Shown here piece by piece: positions 1 to 9,327 of a stretch of 38,383 bases of DNA. Positions within the stretch are counted from its first letter, which is position 1. Each line of letters starts with the position of its first letter. The notes beneath the pieces were generated by a model that saw nothing but the letters and a program-made list of their open reading frames with translations, ran no database searches and was not told the DNA's origin. Source of the stretch: Thermodesulfovibrionales bacterium (GTDB lineage: Bacteria > Nitrospirota > Thermodesulfovibrionia > Thermodesulfovibrionales > UBA6898); NCBI GenBank assembly GCA_044450345.1, contig JBIOIY010000027.1, positions 1 to 38,383 on the forward strand, written 5' to 3'. Made by a program: the position numbers and the translations under genes.

Positions 1-1
1 G

Positions 2-127
2 GAGGTCACTGATGATTTATCTGGTAATCTCAGGGAAAATTTAAAATGTGGAAAGTGTGGTGCTACATCTATTTACTTTATCATAGGCAAGAATGAAGAA
101 GATGATTTAGCAGCATTTAGCGGTTGA
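2..127 (+). CDS. 3' end of an AT-rich hypothetical ORF with a CxxC motif (truncated by the window edge)
   Basis: Open frame from nt 2 reads EVTDDLSGNLRENLKCGKCGATSIYFIIGKNEEDDLAAFSG, then TGA. Much lower GC than the rest of the window. Confidence 0.45.
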   Translation, partial: EVTDDLSGNLRENLKCGKCGATSIYFIIGKNEEDDLAAFSG

Positions 128-269
128 TAAAAATAAATTGGCTGAAAACGTATGAAAATATTATCTCGCAAAGGAAGCATTGTTCTTCTCATAGTCTTGA
201 TTACGTTTGTATTGAAGGGACAGCAAAGTTGAAGGTTGTAGCATGTTGATTGTAAAGGGTTTTGAAAAT

Positions 270-302
270 GGGCGAGAGGTTCGAATCCTCTCGCCCCGAC
301 CA
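270..302 (+). mobile_element. att-like site: 3' fragment of tRNA-Pro (T-arm, acceptor 3' strand, ACCA)
   Basis: AGAGG-TTCGAAT-CCTCT-CGCCCCG-A-CCA at 275-302. No D-arm or anticodon arm upstream; AT-rich DNA lies on the left. Confidence 0.8.
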
Positions 303-507
303 ATGCCCTCCTCATTTTCCGGACTACTCCTCCAACGCCTTTCCCACGCCATTTCCTTTTGAGAAACAAAATAAAATGTTCAAAATAAAATGTTATTATA
401 AACAATACGGGTAAAGTTTCCGACGGGTGCGGAGAAATAATTCTCTCAATTCAAATTGAATGCGGAGCTTCTTTCTGCGGTGCCCTTTTTCCTCAGGAAA
501 ATAAAGC

Positions 508-2106
508 ATGGATAACCAGCACAAGACACGCGAACAGCTCATCGAAGAGCTTGCGAAGGCGCAGCAGCGGCTCTCTCAAATCGAGAAGTCACTTGCCGAA
601 CACAAGAGAACAGAGAAGGCCGATCAGGACATGTTCAGGGATTTTGTCGAACAGTCCTTTATCGGCGTCTATATAATCCGTGGCGAAAAAATCCTTTACG
701 CCAATGCAAAAACGGCGGAGATCTTCGGATATTCGAGGGAAGAGATGATGTCCACAGTATCGCTTCCGGACCTTGTTGCGGCAGAGAACCGCTCCCTGGT
801 TACGGAAAATATCCGCAGACGCCTGGCCGGAGAAATACAGAGCCTCCTTTACACTTTCAAAGGAGTAAAAAAAGACGGGACCCCGATAACTGTGGAGGTG
901 CACGGGGCCGTCACATCCTATAACGGCGAACCCGCGATCATTGGGGCGTTGCTCGATATAAGCATGCGCAGAAAAATGGAAGAAGAATTGTACAAGGCAC
1001 AGAAGCTCGAATCCCTTGCGGCATTCGCCGGAGGCGTTGCACATCAATTTAACAACATAATGACCGCCCTTGCCGGCAACATTATCCTGGCAAAAATGTA
1101 CGCCAAACCCGGCTCGGAGGTCTCGGATATCCTGATCGAAGCGGAGAGGGCCTCTCTCATGGCGGGGGACCTTACCAGGCAATTGCTGTCCTTCTCCAAA
1201 GGCGGATCGCCTTTGATCAAAACGGTATCTCTCAATAGCATCATTGCCGAGCTTGCCAGCATATCTTCGAGCGATTCCGGCATAGGCTATGAAATATCTC
1301 TGCCTATGAACCTCTGGCCTGTTGAAGCGGACGAGGCACAAATCCGGCAGGCCTTTGTCAACCTCGTCATCAATGCGCGTGAGGCCATGCCGTCGGGCGG
1401 CACCATACGGATACGAGCTGAAAATAAAGAAGCCGGGTCTTTGCATCTGTCTTCGCTGGTTCCTGGAGATTATGTAATGGTGACCATCTCAGATCAGGGG
1501 ACTGGGATTGCAAAGGGCCATATGGAAAAAATTTTCGATCCCTTTTTCACCACGAAGAAACAGAGCAGCGGCCTCGGGCTCACCAACACGATCTCTATAA
1601 TCAAAAGCCACAAAGGACATATCTCCGTGGAATCAGAGGAAGGGACAGGAACGACTTTTACCTTTTATCTTCCGGCCGCGCCGGATAAGATCCCCGAAGA
1701 GAGCGTCGAAAAAAAATTCTTTCTTAACAAGCGAATACTCGTCATGGACGACGAGGACCTGGTAAGGAACGTCATCGACAGGATGCTTACACAGTGCGGA
1801 TGCACGGCAAGCTTTGCCCGGGACGGGGAGGAAATGATAAGGCTGTATAAGGAGGCCCTGGAAAACGGGACCCCTTTTGATGCAGTACTTATTGATCTGA
1901 TCATCGCAGGCGGCATGGGGGGCAGGGAGGCCGTCAGACAGCTCCTTGAAATGGACCCTCATGCAAAAGCGATCGTTTCCAGCGGTTATTCCGACGATTC
2001 GACAATGTCCGCCTTCAAGACATTCGGCTTCAGCGGAGCGCTTGCCAAGCCCTACAGCATTTCAGAATTAGGGAAAGTACTAAATGACGTTATCTTCGGC
2101 AACTAA
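508..2106 (+). CDS. PAS-domain hybrid sensor histidine kinase/response regulator (CckA-like architecture)
   Basis: PAS, H-box AHQFNN, N box NLVINAREAM, G boxes DQGTGI/FDPFFTTK/GLGL, C-terminal REC (VMDDE..LIDL..KPY). Confidence 0.93.
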   Translation: MDNQHKTREQLIEELAKAQQRLSQIEKSLAEHKRTEKADQDMFRDFVEQSFIGVYIIRGEKILYANAKTAEIFGYSREEMMSTVSLPDLVAAENRSLVTENIRRRLAGEIQSLLYTFKGVKKDGTPITVEVHGAVTSYNGEPAIIGALLDISMRRKMEEELYKAQKLESLAAFAGGVAHQFNNIMTALAGNIILAKMYAKPGSEVSDILIEAERASLMAGDLTRQLLSFSKGGSPLIKTVSLNSIIAELASISSSDSGIGYEISLPMNLWPVEADEAQIRQAFVNLVINAREAMPSGGTIRIRAENKEAGSLHLSSLVPGDYVMVTISDQGTGIAKGHMEKIFDPFFTTKKQSSGLGLTNTISIIKSHKGHISVESEEGTGTTFTFYLPAAPDKIPEESVEKKFFLNKRILVMDDEDLVRNVIDRMLTQCGCTASFARDGEEMIRLYKEALENGTPFDAVLIDLIIAGGMGGREAVRQLLEMDPHAKAIVSSGYSDDSTMSAFKTFGFSGALAKPYSISELGKVLNDVIFGN

Positions 2107-2113
2107 ATATTGG

Positions 2114-2428
2114 TCACGGGACAGCCTGCGCAACGCGGCACTCCTTTTTTGCGCTCTTTGCCGGCCTTTTCCCTCTCTGGCTGAAACTCTCCTTGTCGGC
2201 CGCCCTGCTTTTCATAGTGCCGCCTACAACACCCGTTACAAGATTGAGTACCTTTAGCTGGTCCGGCAGATTCATCCCTGCCAGCCCCGCGCAGACGCCG
2301 AATTCCTTGCTCGTAAAAAAGGCAATGCTTTCACCCTTGTGATTTTCACTCCATAAATCCTCAATAGACTGTAAGATAATTCCTTCCGCAAGCACTCTTA
2401 ATCCCATAGCTTGCCTCCTTTCCACCAT
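2114..2428 (-). CDS. small hypothetical protein (104 aa)
   Basis: Helical core LAEGIILQSIEDLW..AFF..F..CAGLAGM; co-oriented with the two upstream small genes. Confidence 0.65.
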   Translation of the reverse strand: MVERRQAMGLRVLAEGIILQSIEDLWSENHKGESIAFFTSKEFGVCAGLAGMNLPDQLKVLNLVTGVVGGTMKSRAADKESFSQRGKRPAKSAKKECRVAQAVP

Positions 2429-2562
2429 CTGTTGTCTCTAAGATCGGTTATTAATTTAGCCTTACAAAAAATATCTGCCGGGCACTACTGCAATCTGCTC
2501 TGCTGCCGGTCAGTTAATAAGACATTTCGGAAATAACCTTAATTCCATCTGCACTCGGAGGT

Positions 2563-2751
2563 CTAGTCTTCCTTGACTCCTGCCCACGACAATGATTCGT
2601 GACCTACGTGCCCAACATCCACATAGAGAGGGCACCTCTCATGTGCCCCGACAGTGCAGTATTCCTGCAGTTCATAGACACTCGGGATATAAGGCTTATC
2701 GTCCGCCTTACAGGATGAAACCGTCCACTTCAACAAGTGAGGGCAACTCAT
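2563..2751 (-). CDS. small Cys-rich protein (CP-x9-C..YC-x7-CPLY)
   Basis: Four spaced Cys; its ATG overlaps the stop of the upstream gene (ATGA coupling). Confidence 0.75.
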   Translation of the reverse strand: MSCPHLLKWTVSSCKADDKPYIPSVYELQEYCTVGAHERCPLYVDVGHVGHESLSWAGVKED

Positions 2752-2999
2752 ATCTCTTCGGCCCTTCCTTCAGCATTTTTCGCATATATCTCGCAATCTT
2801 TATAGTTGCCGCCGCAGTAGTAGATTGTGGCCTCCGCATATAAGCTGCTGGTACTGATGCAGTAACAGTTGTCTAAAGGCTTATGAATATTCGGGCATAA
2901 AACCTTTTTCCCTGTCTGATTGGGCATTTCTCCGTCCATTTCACTGTTTCTTTCTCGCACATCCTCACGATTGCACTTCCTCTCCAAAATCATCATCAC
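2748..2999 (-). CDS. small Cys-rich protein (CP..CYC..YC-x6-CEIY)
   Basis: Cys pattern similar to the downstream gene; purine-rich AGGAAAGGA upstream of GTGATGATG. Confidence 0.7.
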   Translation of the reverse strand: MMMILERKCNREDVRERNSEMDGEMPNQTGKKVLCPNIHKPLDNCYCISTSSLYAEATIYYCGGNYKDCEIYAKNAEGRAEEI

Positions 3000-3087
3000 G
3001 CGAGTCCTTTCCTAAATTTGATGAGCCCAGGGCTCATCAGGTCTCTCGGGGAGACAAAGGTCATTCGTCCCCTTTTGGTCAGGTTAA

Positions 3088-3104
3088 TACAAGATATATG
3101 CCTG
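3088..3104 (-). promoter_or_regulatory. putative sigma54 -24/-12 promoter
   Basis: Minus strand CAGGCATATATCTTGTA = GG-N10-GT (GC->GT variant), about 90 nt upstream of the small-gene cluster and downstream of a GAFTGA activator gene. Confidence 0.55.
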
Positions 3105-3195
3105 AAGTCTCATTATGTCCGAGTAATGTCAATTTTCTTGATTCATTTTATTGAATTTTGTAATCGACATGCCAGATAGAAAAATTAAGCAGAAA

Positions 3196-3208
3196 GATCA
3201 ATCGGTTA
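3196..3208 (+). promoter_or_regulatory. IHF-like binding site
   Basis: GATCAATCGGTTA vs consensus WATCAANNNNTTR (1 mismatch); lies between the dyad array and the sigma54-like promoter. Confidence 0.4.
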
Positions 3209-3308
3209 CAGACAGATGAGGGGTCATGATCGGTAGCCTTCCAGGAAGAGTTGCCCAGTACGAAGGCTAAAAGAACACTATGTCAAGAGGACTCACTTCG
3301 GCATAATA

Positions 3309-3367
3309 TGTGGCATGCATCAATGTAGAGATGCCACGCATGTGTGGCAAGCCACAGGGTACCCACG
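3309..3367. promoter_or_regulatory. array of TGTGG..CCAC dyads, putative enhancer (UAS) sites
   Basis: TGTGGCA (3309), TGTAGAGATGCCACG (3324-3338), TGTGGCAAGCCACA (3343-3356), CAGGGTACCCACG (3355-3367). Confidence 0.55.
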
Positions 3368-3460
3368 CTAGAGCGCCTTGTTTTTTATCGCAGGGAAAAT
3401 GATTTATCCTCTGGAACAACCACGGGTTTATCCTCTTTAGAGAGAAATACCTAACGGAGT

Positions 3461-5173
3461 TTACTCAGGCTTCAAAGGAATATTTAGCTTCTGGATCTTT
3501 CTATAGAGGGTCTTCCGGTCAAACCCGAGCAGCCTGGCGGCTTTGGCCTTGTTCCAGCCCGTTTTTTCGAGAGCATTGAAGATATCCGATGCCTCGTCAC
3601 TTCCTCCGTCCCTGTGAGTCCGTGCCTTGACAACCGAAGAGTCCCTAATATGGCCGGGAAGATGGTCCAGGATAATAGTATTTTGACGGCAGAGTATAAA
3701 AGCATGCTCAAGCGTGTGCTCAAGTTCTCTGATATTGCCCGGCCAGGAATATTCCATGAAAATCTGCTGGACATCGGCTGATACGGCACTGATGTCCCTG
3801 TCCAGCTTCTTATTGAACTTATCGATAAAATGGTCTACAAGAAAAGGGATGTCTTCGCGCCTTTCCCTGAGAGGGGGAACAGCGATTTCAACGACCTTGA
3901 GACGGTAAAAGAGGTCTTCTCTGAACTCACCGCGTCTGATCTTCGCCGCAAGGTCTTGGTTGGTCGCGGCAACGACACGGACATCTGCTTTTATTGGGGT
4001 CGAGTCCCCCACACGTTCGAATTCCATATCCTGAAGGACCCTCAATAGTCTGAGCTGAATACGATGGGATATATCGCCGATCTCGTCAAGGAAAATCGTG
4101 CCTTTGTCGGCCCTCTGGAAACGGCCTACTTTGTCTTTTACTGCGCCGGTAAAGGCGCCCTTCACATGCCCGAAGAGTTCGCTTTCAAGCAAGCTTTCAG
4201 AGAGAGCGGAGCAGTTCACCTTCACCAAGGGTTTGTGACTGCGGATGCCCTTATAGTGGAGGGCCTCGGCGGCAAGCTCTTTTCCAGTTCCGCTTTCACC
4301 TGTTATCAGCACGGTAGTCTGGACATCGGCAAGACTTTCTATCAGCGAATAGATCTCCTGCATCTTCTCGCTCGTTCCTATAATATTATGAAACTGACGC
4401 CGTTCCTTCAGGTCACGTTCCAGATCAAACAAACGCGTCTCGTCTCTGATCACGATCACCGCCCCTGAAAAGAGCCCCTGGTGGTCTATGAGGGGAGACG
4501 TGGAAAGGCTGACCACGTGACCCGCCCGGTTCTTATGATGGCACTCGATGTGAAACATCTCGACCGGTTTCTTCTTATCGATGGTCTCCACAAAGGCATC
4601 CAGGCAGTTTCTCCTGCAGCCCACCTCCAGGGAATTAAAGATCTTTCCGATCGCCCCACGCGTTATACCGCAGATCTTTTCGGCCGCCCTGTTGAGTTCC
4701 ACGACCCTCAGTTCTTCATCAACCGTAACGATAGCATCCTTTACGCTCCTGAAAATCGCCTCCAGATTGAGCCGGTACTTTTCCTTTTCATCGCTTAATG
4801 CCTTATCCCTCAGTGCCATTCGCGCTACCCGCAACAATGTCTCCTGATGGACCGGCTTGGAGATGTAGTCAAACGCACCCAGTCTCACCGCATCCGATGC
4901 GCTCTCGATATTCGGAGCTCCGGTGACAATGACGAAAGGGCAATCAAGATTTCGCTCCCTGGCCTCGCGCATCAGATCGATTCCTGTCCTGCCGCCGCCA
5001 AGCAGGATGTCTGCAAAAACAAGGTCGCACCCGGGTCCTGTAAGCAGAGCCGAGGCTTCGCCATAGTCAGATGCAGTCGTCACGGAATACCCTTCGTCCG
5101 AGAGAAAGGTATTAAAAGTGAACCGGATGCTCTCTTCGTCGTCAATAACAAGAATATTTGCCTTATTTTCCAT
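3461..5173 (-). CDS. sigma54-dependent Fis-family response regulator (REC-PAS-AAA+-HTH)
   Basis: N-terminal REC, PAS, Walker A GESGTGKE, GAFTGA, FLDEIG, FREDLFYRL, WPGNIREL, HTH NKAKAARLLG. Confidence 0.96.
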   Translation of the reverse strand: MENKANILVIDDEESIRFTFNTFLSDEGYSVTTASDYGEASALLTGPGCDLVFADILLGGGRTGIDLMREARERNLDCPFVIVTGAPNIESASDAVRLGAFDYISKPVHQETLLRVARMALRDKALSDEKEKYRLNLEAIFRSVKDAIVTVDEELRVVELNRAAEKICGITRGAIGKIFNSLEVGCRRNCLDAFVETIDKKKPVEMFHIECHHKNRAGHVVSLSTSPLIDHQGLFSGAVIVIRDETRLFDLERDLKERRQFHNIIGTSEKMQEIYSLIESLADVQTTVLITGESGTGKELAAEALHYKGIRSHKPLVKVNCSALSESLLESELFGHVKGAFTGAVKDKVGRFQRADKGTIFLDEIGDISHRIQLRLLRVLQDMEFERVGDSTPIKADVRVVAATNQDLAAKIRRGEFREDLFYRLKVVEIAVPPLRERREDIPFLVDHFIDKFNKKLDRDISAVSADVQQIFMEYSWPGNIRELEHTLEHAFILCRQNTIILDHLPGHIRDSSVVKARTHRDGGSDEASDIFNALEKTGWNKAKAARLLGFDRKTLYRKIQKLNIPLKPE

Positions 5174-7733
5174 TACGCTCCTTTGCAGGAAGGTCGATAG
5201 TCACCTTCGTATAGGCACCCTCAACGCTCTCTACCGCGAGCCTGCCGCCATGGCTCCTTATGATCCCGTGACTTATACTTAACCCCAGGCCGGTTCCCAG
5301 CCCGCTCGGCTTTGTTGAAAAGAAAGGGTGCACAACCTTGTCGATAATGTCGGCGGAGATGCCGGTGCCCGTGTCATAAAAAGTCGCCCTTACAAAGGGG
5401 GCATTATCGATCGGTATCCTCTCAACTGATATTAGAAATTTCTTCTCTTTTTGCGCCCCGGGATATTTCTGGTTCAGGGCATACCTCGCATTGCTTATGA
5501 CATTCAGGAAGACCTGCTGGATCTGCTGGGGGTTGGCAAATATGTCAGGCAGTCTGCCCTGGATATTGACAAGCAGTTCGATGCCGTCTTTGCGGATCTG
5601 CGTTTCTGTCAGCGTAAGGGTGTCTTCCATGATCTTCTGGACAGCTGCCGTTATCCTCTCTTCCTTTCTTTCACGCGCAAAAGAAAGAAGGCCGCGTACG
5701 ATGCCCGCGATGCGGTCTCCCTCCCTGATTATCCTTTGCGCGATTTCGTTTTCCTTGCTGCCCGCCGAAATTTTATTGGCAAGGATCTGAGCGTAGTTGA
5801 TTATACCGTTGATGGGATTATTGATCTCATGTGCCACACCCGCGGCGAGCTCGCCGAGAGAGGCAAGATGGCTGGCCCGCATCGCCTCCGCCTGAAGCGC
5901 GGTCTTCTCAGTGATGTCGCTGAGGACTATAATGACACTATTGACCGCCCCTTCCTCACCCTTGATCGGAAAGGCCCTGCCGTCGAGCAGCTTTCCCGAA
6001 GGGGTCGTCCACTGGGAGTTTTCGTTGGTGCCGGTGTTGAAGCTTCTCAAAGCGAAACAGTCCTCACACGGCTCCGAACGGTTGTACCACATTTCAAAAC
6101 AGTGCAGCCCGGTCAGCACGGAAGGCTCCCTGCCGAGCAACGATGAGGCGGCGCTGTTCGCCCACATGACCCTGAGGTCAGAGGAAAGCAGGAGCAGCGA
6201 GTCGGGCATAGCATCCAGCACAGTATTAAATTCCAGTGAAAGCTTGCGGAACTTGGCCTCGCTCTCCTTCAGCGTCTCCTCGGTCATCTTGCGGTAATTG
6301 ATCTCGTTGGTGAGGAGCTGGACAGCGGTCTTCAATTCTACGGTCCTTTCTTCCACCATCTCCACAAGGTGCTCCCTATGTCTCTTCAATTCCTCCTCAG
6401 CCTTCTTGCGGCCCGTGACGTCCCTCACGACCCCCACCATTGACAGGGGCTCGCCCTTTGCGTCTTTGATGATGGATGCCGTCAGCCACACGGGGAACTC
6501 TCTGCCCTCTTTATGCCTGACCATTAGTTCGCCGTTCCAGCGGCCCGCCTTCCGTATATTCGGGATAATTTCCCTGCCGGCATAGTCGGGATCGACGTTC
6601 ATCTCATTTACGTGTCTCCCGAAGAGTTCTTCCTGGGAGTAGCCGTATATCTCCGTTATCGCCCTGTTTGAATACACGATGTATCCGGTGAGATCGGTGA
6701 TCTGGATCCCGTCCATCGTCTCTTCCACAGCCTTCGAAAAGAGCATCAGCTTTTCTTCCATCTTCTTCCTCTGCGAGATGTCCCGTTCGATCGCAAGTAT
6801 ATAGGGCCTCCCGGACAGATGGATGAGTTGGGCTGAAACCTCCGCAGGAAAAATTCCACCGTCTTTGCGCAGATGACGGACCTCGAAGGTGACAGACCCT
6901 CCCGACATGATCCGTTTTATCAGGTCCGGCGCCTTCTTTCGACCCTCCTCATCATTGAGGGCCGATATCGGCATGCCGATCAGTTCATCATACTCATACC
7001 CGTTCATGACGCAGGCCGTGATATTGGCGTCCACGATTTTAAGTGTCTCACTCCCGGCATCTATGAGGAGAATGCAGTCCGATGCAAGGTTGAAGAGCGA
7101 CCTGAAACGTTCCTCGCTGTCTCTCAATGCCGTATTTATCAGGTTGAGACGTTCGTTTGCCTCCGACAATTCGGCGGTACGCGCCATGACCATTTCTTCC
7201 AGGCGCTGATAATATTTCCTCAAGTCGTCTTCGGCCTTCTTACTTTCGCTGATATCCATAAATATCCCGACAACGCTGCGGATCTGCCCGTCAGCGCCGG
7301 GCACCGGATTGAGCACCGCGTTCAAGATCAGCCGTTTCCCGTCGGGTCGAGTGCCCTCGGCCTCAAAAGAATGCTTCTCCCCCTTCAAAACACCCGCAAA
7401 GAGTTCATCTATGCCACGGCCCGTATCGTGCGTCCTGAACCTGTCAAACCTCTTGCCTATGATCTCTTCCTCACTGCAGCCGATCAGACTGAGCCCCGCC
7501 TTGTTGATCGTCACACATCTGCCCTCCCTGTCAAAGAGCATTACACAATCCGGCGAGCCATCGACAAGGCTGCGGTAACGGCGCTCCGATGTGCGGATCC
7601 GTGCTGCGGACTGGCGAAGGATCTGCATCATGGCGTAGCAGGCAACAGCAAGACCAAGGCTGGCAAGCCCATAAAAAAAAGAGAGAGAGTCAATCCGCCA
7701 AGTAAAGAAGTCTTTCATGAAATGCAGTCCCAT
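5163..7733 (-). CDS. multi-PAS sensor histidine kinase
   Basis: One N-terminal hydrophobic segment, four PAS-like repeats, H-box AHEINNP, DTGTGI, PFFSTK, GTGLGL; overlaps the regulator start. Confidence 0.94.
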   Translation of the reverse strand: MGLHFMKDFFTWRIDSLSFFYGLASLGLAVACYAMMQILRQSAARIRTSERRYRSLVDGSPDCVMLFDREGRCVTINKAGLSLIGCSEEEIIGKRFDRFRTHDTGRGIDELFAGVLKGEKHSFEAEGTRPDGKRLILNAVLNPVPGADGQIRSVVGIFMDISESKKAEDDLRKYYQRLEEMVMARTAELSEANERLNLINTALRDSEERFRSLFNLASDCILLIDAGSETLKIVDANITACVMNGYEYDELIGMPISALNDEEGRKKAPDLIKRIMSGGSVTFEVRHLRKDGGIFPAEVSAQLIHLSGRPYILAIERDISQRKKMEEKLMLFSKAVEETMDGIQITDLTGYIVYSNRAITEIYGYSQEELFGRHVNEMNVDPDYAGREIIPNIRKAGRWNGELMVRHKEGREFPVWLTASIIKDAKGEPLSMVGVVRDVTGRKKAEEELKRHREHLVEMVEERTVELKTAVQLLTNEINYRKMTEETLKESEAKFRKLSLEFNTVLDAMPDSLLLLSSDLRVMWANSAASSLLGREPSVLTGLHCFEMWYNRSEPCEDCFALRSFNTGTNENSQWTTPSGKLLDGRAFPIKGEEGAVNSVIIVLSDITEKTALQAEAMRASHLASLGELAAGVAHEINNPINGIINYAQILANKISAGSKENEIAQRIIREGDRIAGIVRGLLSFARERKEERITAAVQKIMEDTLTLTETQIRKDGIELLVNIQGRLPDIFANPQQIQQVFLNVISNARYALNQKYPGAQKEKKFLISVERIPIDNAPFVRATFYDTGTGISADIIDKVVHPFFSTKPSGLGTGLGLSISHGIIRSHGGRLAVESVEGAYTKVTIDLPAKERNGK

Positions 7734-7903
7734 ATTATTCCGAAAGAGAGAATAAGTCCATTCACTATTAAAACAAATTTTCTCTTAAATTGTCTCTATG
7801 CCCCCTATTTGCTTTGCGGGCTGACAGACGCCTGCCGATGATGATAGAATATCTGTGGTTATTTCCCAAAGGCAGACGGCAGGACAGTCGACTTTGCACA
7901 ATT

Positions 7904-9154
7904 ATGGATTCTGAACTCTCAACTTATCTCCAGGTCTTTAAGAACAGGCGTATCGTTGTGATGGTGCTGCTGGGGTTTTCATCAGGACTTCCTATTTCTC
8001 TGACAGCCGCCACTTTGCAGGCATGGATGACGGTGGCGGGCGTTGACCTGAGGACAATCGGCGTTTTCGGCCTGGTTGGGCTCCCTTACATCCTGAAATT
8101 CCTCTGGTCGCCCTTCATGGACCGCTATGCCCCTCCCCTACTCGGGAGAAGGAGGGGTTGGATAGTCCTGACACAACTCAGCCTGGTAGGTGGAATAAGC
8201 ACAATGGCCTTCGGGTCTCCGGCAAATGCACCGTGGACCCTGGCTGCCCTCTCCCTGCTTGTGGCCTTTACGTCGGCCTCCCAAGACATCGTGGTAGACG
8301 CCTATCGTACCGACGTCCTGCACGAAACCGAAAGGGGCGCAGGCGTTGCGGTTTTCGTGACCGGCTATCGCATCGCGATGCTCGTTTCCGGAGCGCTTGC
8401 GTTCATCCTTTCCGACCTGATAGGTTGGCGAAGCACCTACCTCTTGATGGCGGCGCTGATGTCCGTCGGCATCGGGGCTGCCTTTTTCGGGCCAGAACCG
8501 GAGCGCTCAGTGGTTCCGCCGCAAAGCCTCCGAGAGGCTGTATGGGGACCATTGAAAGATTTCTTCTCGCGCCGCGCTGCGTTTATGATCCTGTTACTGA
8601 TCGTCCTGTACAAACTTGCCGACGCGTATGCCGGGGCGATGACGACACCTTTCCTGATCCGCGGCCTCGGTTTTTCGGCCACCGACGTCGGCACGGTCAA
8701 TAAGGCATTCGGCCTTGCTGCGTCGATCGTGGGCATCACCCTGGGGGGAGCATTGATGGTGAAACTTGGACTGTTCCGTTCCCTTCTGGCCTTCGGGATA
8801 TTGCAGGCTGTCTCCATCCTCTCATTCGTGCTCCTGGCTCTCGCCGGAAAAAGTTACGCTATTATGATCATCTGTATCGCCCTTGAGAATTTCACGGCAG
8901 GCATGGGCACAGCAGCGTTTCTCTCCCTCCTGATGGGGTTATGCAATCAAAGGTTCAGCGCCACCCAGTATGCCCTCTTATCGTCGCTCGCCGCAGCGGG
9001 AAGAATATTCATCGCTCCAACTTCAGGATACGTGGCAGCAACGACAGGGTGGCCGGCCTTCTTTCTTATCTCGGCTCTCGCCGGAATCCCGGGGCTGCTG
9101 CTTCTATGGCGATTACGTGCAGATATCTCAGCCCTCCACCGGGAAACAGCCTAA
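7904..9154 (+). CDS. ampG: AmpG family muropeptide MFS permease
   Basis: LLGFSSGLP, LKFLWSPFMD, GRRRGW, SASQDIVVDAYR, SATQYALLSSL. Start placed at ATG 7904 rather than 7790. Confidence 0.93.
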   Translation: MDSELSTYLQVFKNRRIVVMVLLGFSSGLPISLTAATLQAWMTVAGVDLRTIGVFGLVGLPYILKFLWSPFMDRYAPPLLGRRRGWIVLTQLSLVGGISTMAFGSPANAPWTLAALSLLVAFTSASQDIVVDAYRTDVLHETERGAGVAVFVTGYRIAMLVSGALAFILSDLIGWRSTYLLMAALMSVGIGAAFFGPEPERSVVPPQSLREAVWGPLKDFFSRRAAFMILLLIVLYKLADAYAGAMTTPFLIRGLGFSATDVGTVNKAFGLAASIVGITLGGALMVKLGLFRSLLAFGILQAVSILSFVLLALAGKSYAIMIICIALENFTAGMGTAAFLSLLMGLCNQRFSATQYALLSSLAAAGRIFIAPTSGYVAATTGWPAFFLISALAGIPGLLLLWRLRADISALHRETA

Positions 9155-9171
9155 TTTTATCCTGCGCGTCA

Positions 9172-9310
9172 TCCAATGCGCGATCTAAAACGTATCTCGG
9201 CCGCTGCATTCGCAAAATGCAGGGCGGAGGCAGGCGTGGTATTGGAGCGGCTTCTTTTATCCCGATGGATGTCGGGAGAAAGGCCCTCGGAGATCCGCCG
9301 ATGGCGGATC
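9172..9310. repeat. cluster of REP-like hairpins between convergent genes
   Basis: TCCAAT..ATTGGA (9172-9246) enclosing TGCATT/AATGCA; TCCCGA-N6-TCGGGA (9260-9277); GATCCGCC-GAT-GGCGGATC (9292-9310). Confidence 0.5.
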
Positions 9311-9327
9311 GAGAATGAGCGACAATA

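Noticed and set aside
228..302. Complete tRNA-Pro gene
   Set aside because: No 5' CGGGGCG acceptor strand, D-arm or anticodon arm upstream; only the 3' ~28 nt are tRNA-like.
3019..3070. Hammerhead ribozyme (CUGAUGAG on the minus strand)
   Set aside because: CUGAUGA is itself paired within a palindrome, and no GAAA follows stem II.
3160..3175. Second sigma54 promoter TGGCATGTCGATTAC (minus)
   Set aside because: The -12 element reads AC, lacking the conserved G; weaker than the 3088-3104 candidate, though not fully excluded.
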